The translations under genes were made by a program, and so were the position numbers. A DNA stretch of 64,000 bases, taken from Glycera tridactyla. Its lineage: Eukaryota. Shown here piece by piece: positions 60,675 to 64,000 of the stretch. Every line of letters starts with the position of its first letter. The first letter of the stretch is position 1. The notes beneath the pieces were generated by a model. The model had not been told where the DNA came from and ran no database searches. It was given only the letters and a program-made list of their open reading frames with translations. The DNA is taken from the NCBI GenBank assembly GCA_965644265.1, contig OZ286462.1:70928001-70992000 (forward strand). Reading direction: 5' to 3'.

Positions 60675-61210
60675 AAACAAAAGCTTTATCACAGACATGA
60701 CTAAAAATTTCCCGACTGCTTTGACACTAAGAATGTACACAATATGGCCAACTATAATTGTCACAAATCTTGTTGAATTCCCTGCCTCGAACTCAAAGTG
60801 GCCACCTGCTTTAAAATTGACGCAATCTCATTGATTCCATCTCTCAGACTTGAGGTCGCAACTCAATTCTGACAACAAATACAGTCAAACCTGTCTATAA
60901 AGGCCACCTTCGGTCACATCGAAAAGTGGCCTTTATAGGCAGGTGGCCTTTATAGAGAGGTCATTTACTGTTGAAAGTACTATCACGGTCGCAGCTCAGG
61001 TTGGCCTTTATGGGCAGGTGGCCTTCATAGAGAGGTGGCCTCTCGAGCAGGTTCAACTGTATGGCCAAGTTACAGGGCACATAAATCTGGAATATTTGGA
61101 TCAATCAGCATGAAAATTGTGTCTCTACACTTCACGGTGATGACATATTATAAATTTCAATCCAATAGCTCAAGAAATGTAGTTTGGTGCACAACCTTTT
61201 TGTGGACAGG
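60675..61210 (+). mobile_element. Helentron-like element copy interrupted by a family A MITE (60882-61059)
   Basis: The 5' part matches 29420/29965 (AGCTTT.TCACAGAC.TGACTAAAAAT..TTTGACACTAAG..CAATATGGCCAA). The 3' part matches 31990-32110 (GCATGAAAATTGTGTCT..GGTGATGACATA..TCAATCCAATAGCT). Confidence 0.62.
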
Positions 61211-63323
61211 ATTGACTCCATTAACAAGCAAGGATCATCTTATCTGAATTAGTGCTGTGTTGACAAAACTTGGCTGCCCTAATCTTTCGAGATAGGATGA
61301 TAATTGCAGTGGATGGGATGGTGACGAAAGCTCTGACTGAGTTGCTGAGTGCACTGAATTCCTGGTTAATCTAGGAGAAGACCATAAGTGGGCCACATAA
61401 TGGGCATAATGGAAGCTACCGGTATCCACCGCTCTCTGACTGTTTGATGCTGTAGCTTGATAGAATATACATGCAATGCCTGCAGGTACAAATTCATCCT
61501 GTGACTTATGTAAACTTCATGTGACCTTCTGGAAGTAAGTGGCACCCACTGAAATGTATCTTCTATTCCTGCCAATGCCACAGGACTGAAATACAATTTC
61601 TTCAAATCAGGTCAAATTTACTGAAGATGCCTTCATATATTTCCATGAGCAACTCGTTTCAGAAGCTTTAGAAGACATTGGTCAATATATGCTGTGCTCA
61701 ATTTAGTCAGCATCAAGACTGCAGCACTACCTGGAAGTGACTAAAATTACCCTAAGAACTGGATGAGCACATGATCAAAAACCTGTAACCTAAATTCATC
61801 AAGAATATAGAGGATTACATGATCTTGACAGATCCAATGTATTAACATGTATACCCACTGTGAGATTTCTGCAGTGCTTTCATTTTTTCGGATGCATACA
61901 TTGCCTAATCACCAATTGAATGAATGGTTGGTTGGTTGGTTTTCACCATGATCTTCAAGTTTCATGAGAGCTGAATGTCTCATTTCATTCAAGAATTACT
62001 GCCACCAAAACTGGTGAGATGATGGGAATCCAGAAAACTTTGCGAGTAGAAACGGCTTTCCATTCAGGCACATCGCAACCCACATCACATGAAACAGAAG
62101 AACCTGTCTTGCTTATCTATTACTGGACCATGTGATTTGCAGTAAGTTCAATCTTGCTTTTCAAGAGGACAAGTAACAAATAATGACCATAGAGATTCAG
62201 GTACTAAATGTCAGACAAAAGATAGGGAATGCTGTCCCAATCAAAAATTTCAAATCATCACTCTGTTTCTCCAGCAGCTATCCTGAAATGCCTGAGAAAT
62301 GCATAATGTGTGTGTAGAACTGAAACTGAAAACCAACTGAAATGAAGATGATATCCATTCAAGGCATGCATTTTTTATTTGTATATGTGTATTCAAGAAT
62401 TATGGGAATGGCGAACTTAGCTCTCTGCAAGACTGCTTCCAATAGAAACTCACCTAAAAACAAAGAATAATAACAATTTGTAGTAAATATGATGGAAAGT
62501 GCAAGAAAACATTCATGTTGTTCTGGCCTCATGAAAGTGTATACATCCTGATCAAGTAAGGTCTCTATGGACACTGCACGATCATGACATTGGAATGTAG
62601 ATATAAAAGTGTACCTGTTTTCAAGAGTTAACTAAACATTGATTACCTGAGCGATTTCCAATAAATTCATTCCCAAACTATGAAGATTTCTAACAGTACG
62701 AAGATTTCTAACATACGACAAACTATTAAAAGCAGATATGGCATAAAGATTAGATAATACTCCTCTTGCAACCCCCGCCCCCCATGATATCATTGTCAAG
62801 CCCACTCAAAAAAAGGATACTCATAACAAGATTTTATCTTGGGTTCACAGCAGCAAATAATGCCTATTCATGATTCAAATGTACCTTTACTGCAGTAATA
62901 TAAAAGATCATTGGTAATTCATCCAAATTTGACATAAAAGGATGCTTTTTTTAAAAAGTGGTGCATCTGAAGAAACAAATCCAGTGATCTTGCCAATTTG
63001 GCATTCTATTTTCTGAATCCTGGTATGAAATGCTAGTCAACCACATGAGATGTGTGTCCCAGATATTGGGATTCTTCAGGTGACAGGCGTGTTCCATGTA
63101 TCAATGTTTTCCATTAGCTTACATGTCAGTGGCGTGCCGCTCACATGGCCCGTTATGCTTCATTAGGACTGCATTAATATGGTCATGACAAATGTACTAA
63201 TATTGTGCGCGAAGGCCGCCCGACCAACACAACATCGTGTCTGCCATCAGACCACAAATGAAGCAAAGCCATGCTCATTTGTACTGGATTCTCTGATCAG
63301 AAAAAAAGCACTATGTCTCTGCA

Positions 63324-63805
63324 TGCATGCCACATTTCAGGCTCTGCCACATCAATATTTTGTAGTGCACCACAAATAGACTACAATGGGACCTGTGATG
63401 AGAGACCCCCTGATGAGAGACCACCTTTGATGAGGGACCACTCCCTGCGTGCATGCCACATCTCAGGCTCTGCCACTTCAATATTTTGTAGTGCACCACA
63501 AATAGAGTGAAACCTGTGATAAGAGACCCCCTGATGAGAGACCACCTCTGATGGAAGACCACTCCCTGCGTGCATGCCACATTGCAGGCTCTGCTACTTT
63601 AAGTTTTTGTAGTGCACCACAAATAGACTACAGTAAAACCTGTGATGAGAGACCCCTGACAAAAGACTACCTCTGATGGCAGAGTACTATTTCAGGGCAG
63701 TTTTCCATTTGACATGGTCAAATATACCTCCCATGAGAGACCACCTCTTTGGAGAGATCGCTTTTTGGTGACCCATAGGGCAGTCTCTTGTCACAGGTTT
63801 CACTG
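63324..63805. repeat. Tandem array (126/121-bp units) of flank plus MITE left end, ending in a full family B MITE (63631-63805)
   Basis: TGCATGCCACA starts units at 63324, 63450 and 63571. Each contains ..CCTGTGAT.AGAGACCCC; only the last reaches CAGGTTTCACTG|TA. Confidence 0.85.
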
Positions 63806-64000
63806 TACGTGTAGGGGAGAGGTGAGGGTGTGAAAGGATGCACAAAAATATAGTAGAGCCTCAGAGATGTTTCTCCTCCATCCATCACTGGTCTCACATA
63901 TATATTGGTACAGGCTCTAATGAGAGAACCCCTGTTGTCCATTTATATTGCTGAAGCATCCAGTCTGTCCTCACAGGCTTCAATGTACATCAGATCAGCC

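Overview
Repeat-rich eukaryotic DNA from a gapped draft assembly (10 N-gaps, many CA/TG microsatellites). The repeat repertoire suggests a marine invertebrate, which is an inference. The only host gene I can support is a minus-strand Kelch-like BTB-BACK gene of the KLHL1/4/5 family. Three exons (11372-11053, 2080-1884, 143-1) splice in frame at GT/AG sites, and the gene continues past the left edge. The 52 kb upstream has no confidently recognisable host coding sequence and is filled with mobile elements: two TA-flanked CAGT-ended MITE families, a PIF/Harbinger-type MITE with TAA duplication, a 5'-truncated CR1/L2-group LINE with one frameshift, a tRNA-derived SINE, Helentron-like composites, a long-hairpin element, minisatellites and near-perfect local duplications. 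The least explained structure is a ~5.2-kb CpG-rich, ORF-poor island (38594-43761). It has possible TG..CA ends with a TATG duplication, inverted homologous blocks, an AACTTAG array and promoter-like motifs. I found no protein-coding evidence for a new biological system; the novel candidates are non-coding element architectures.
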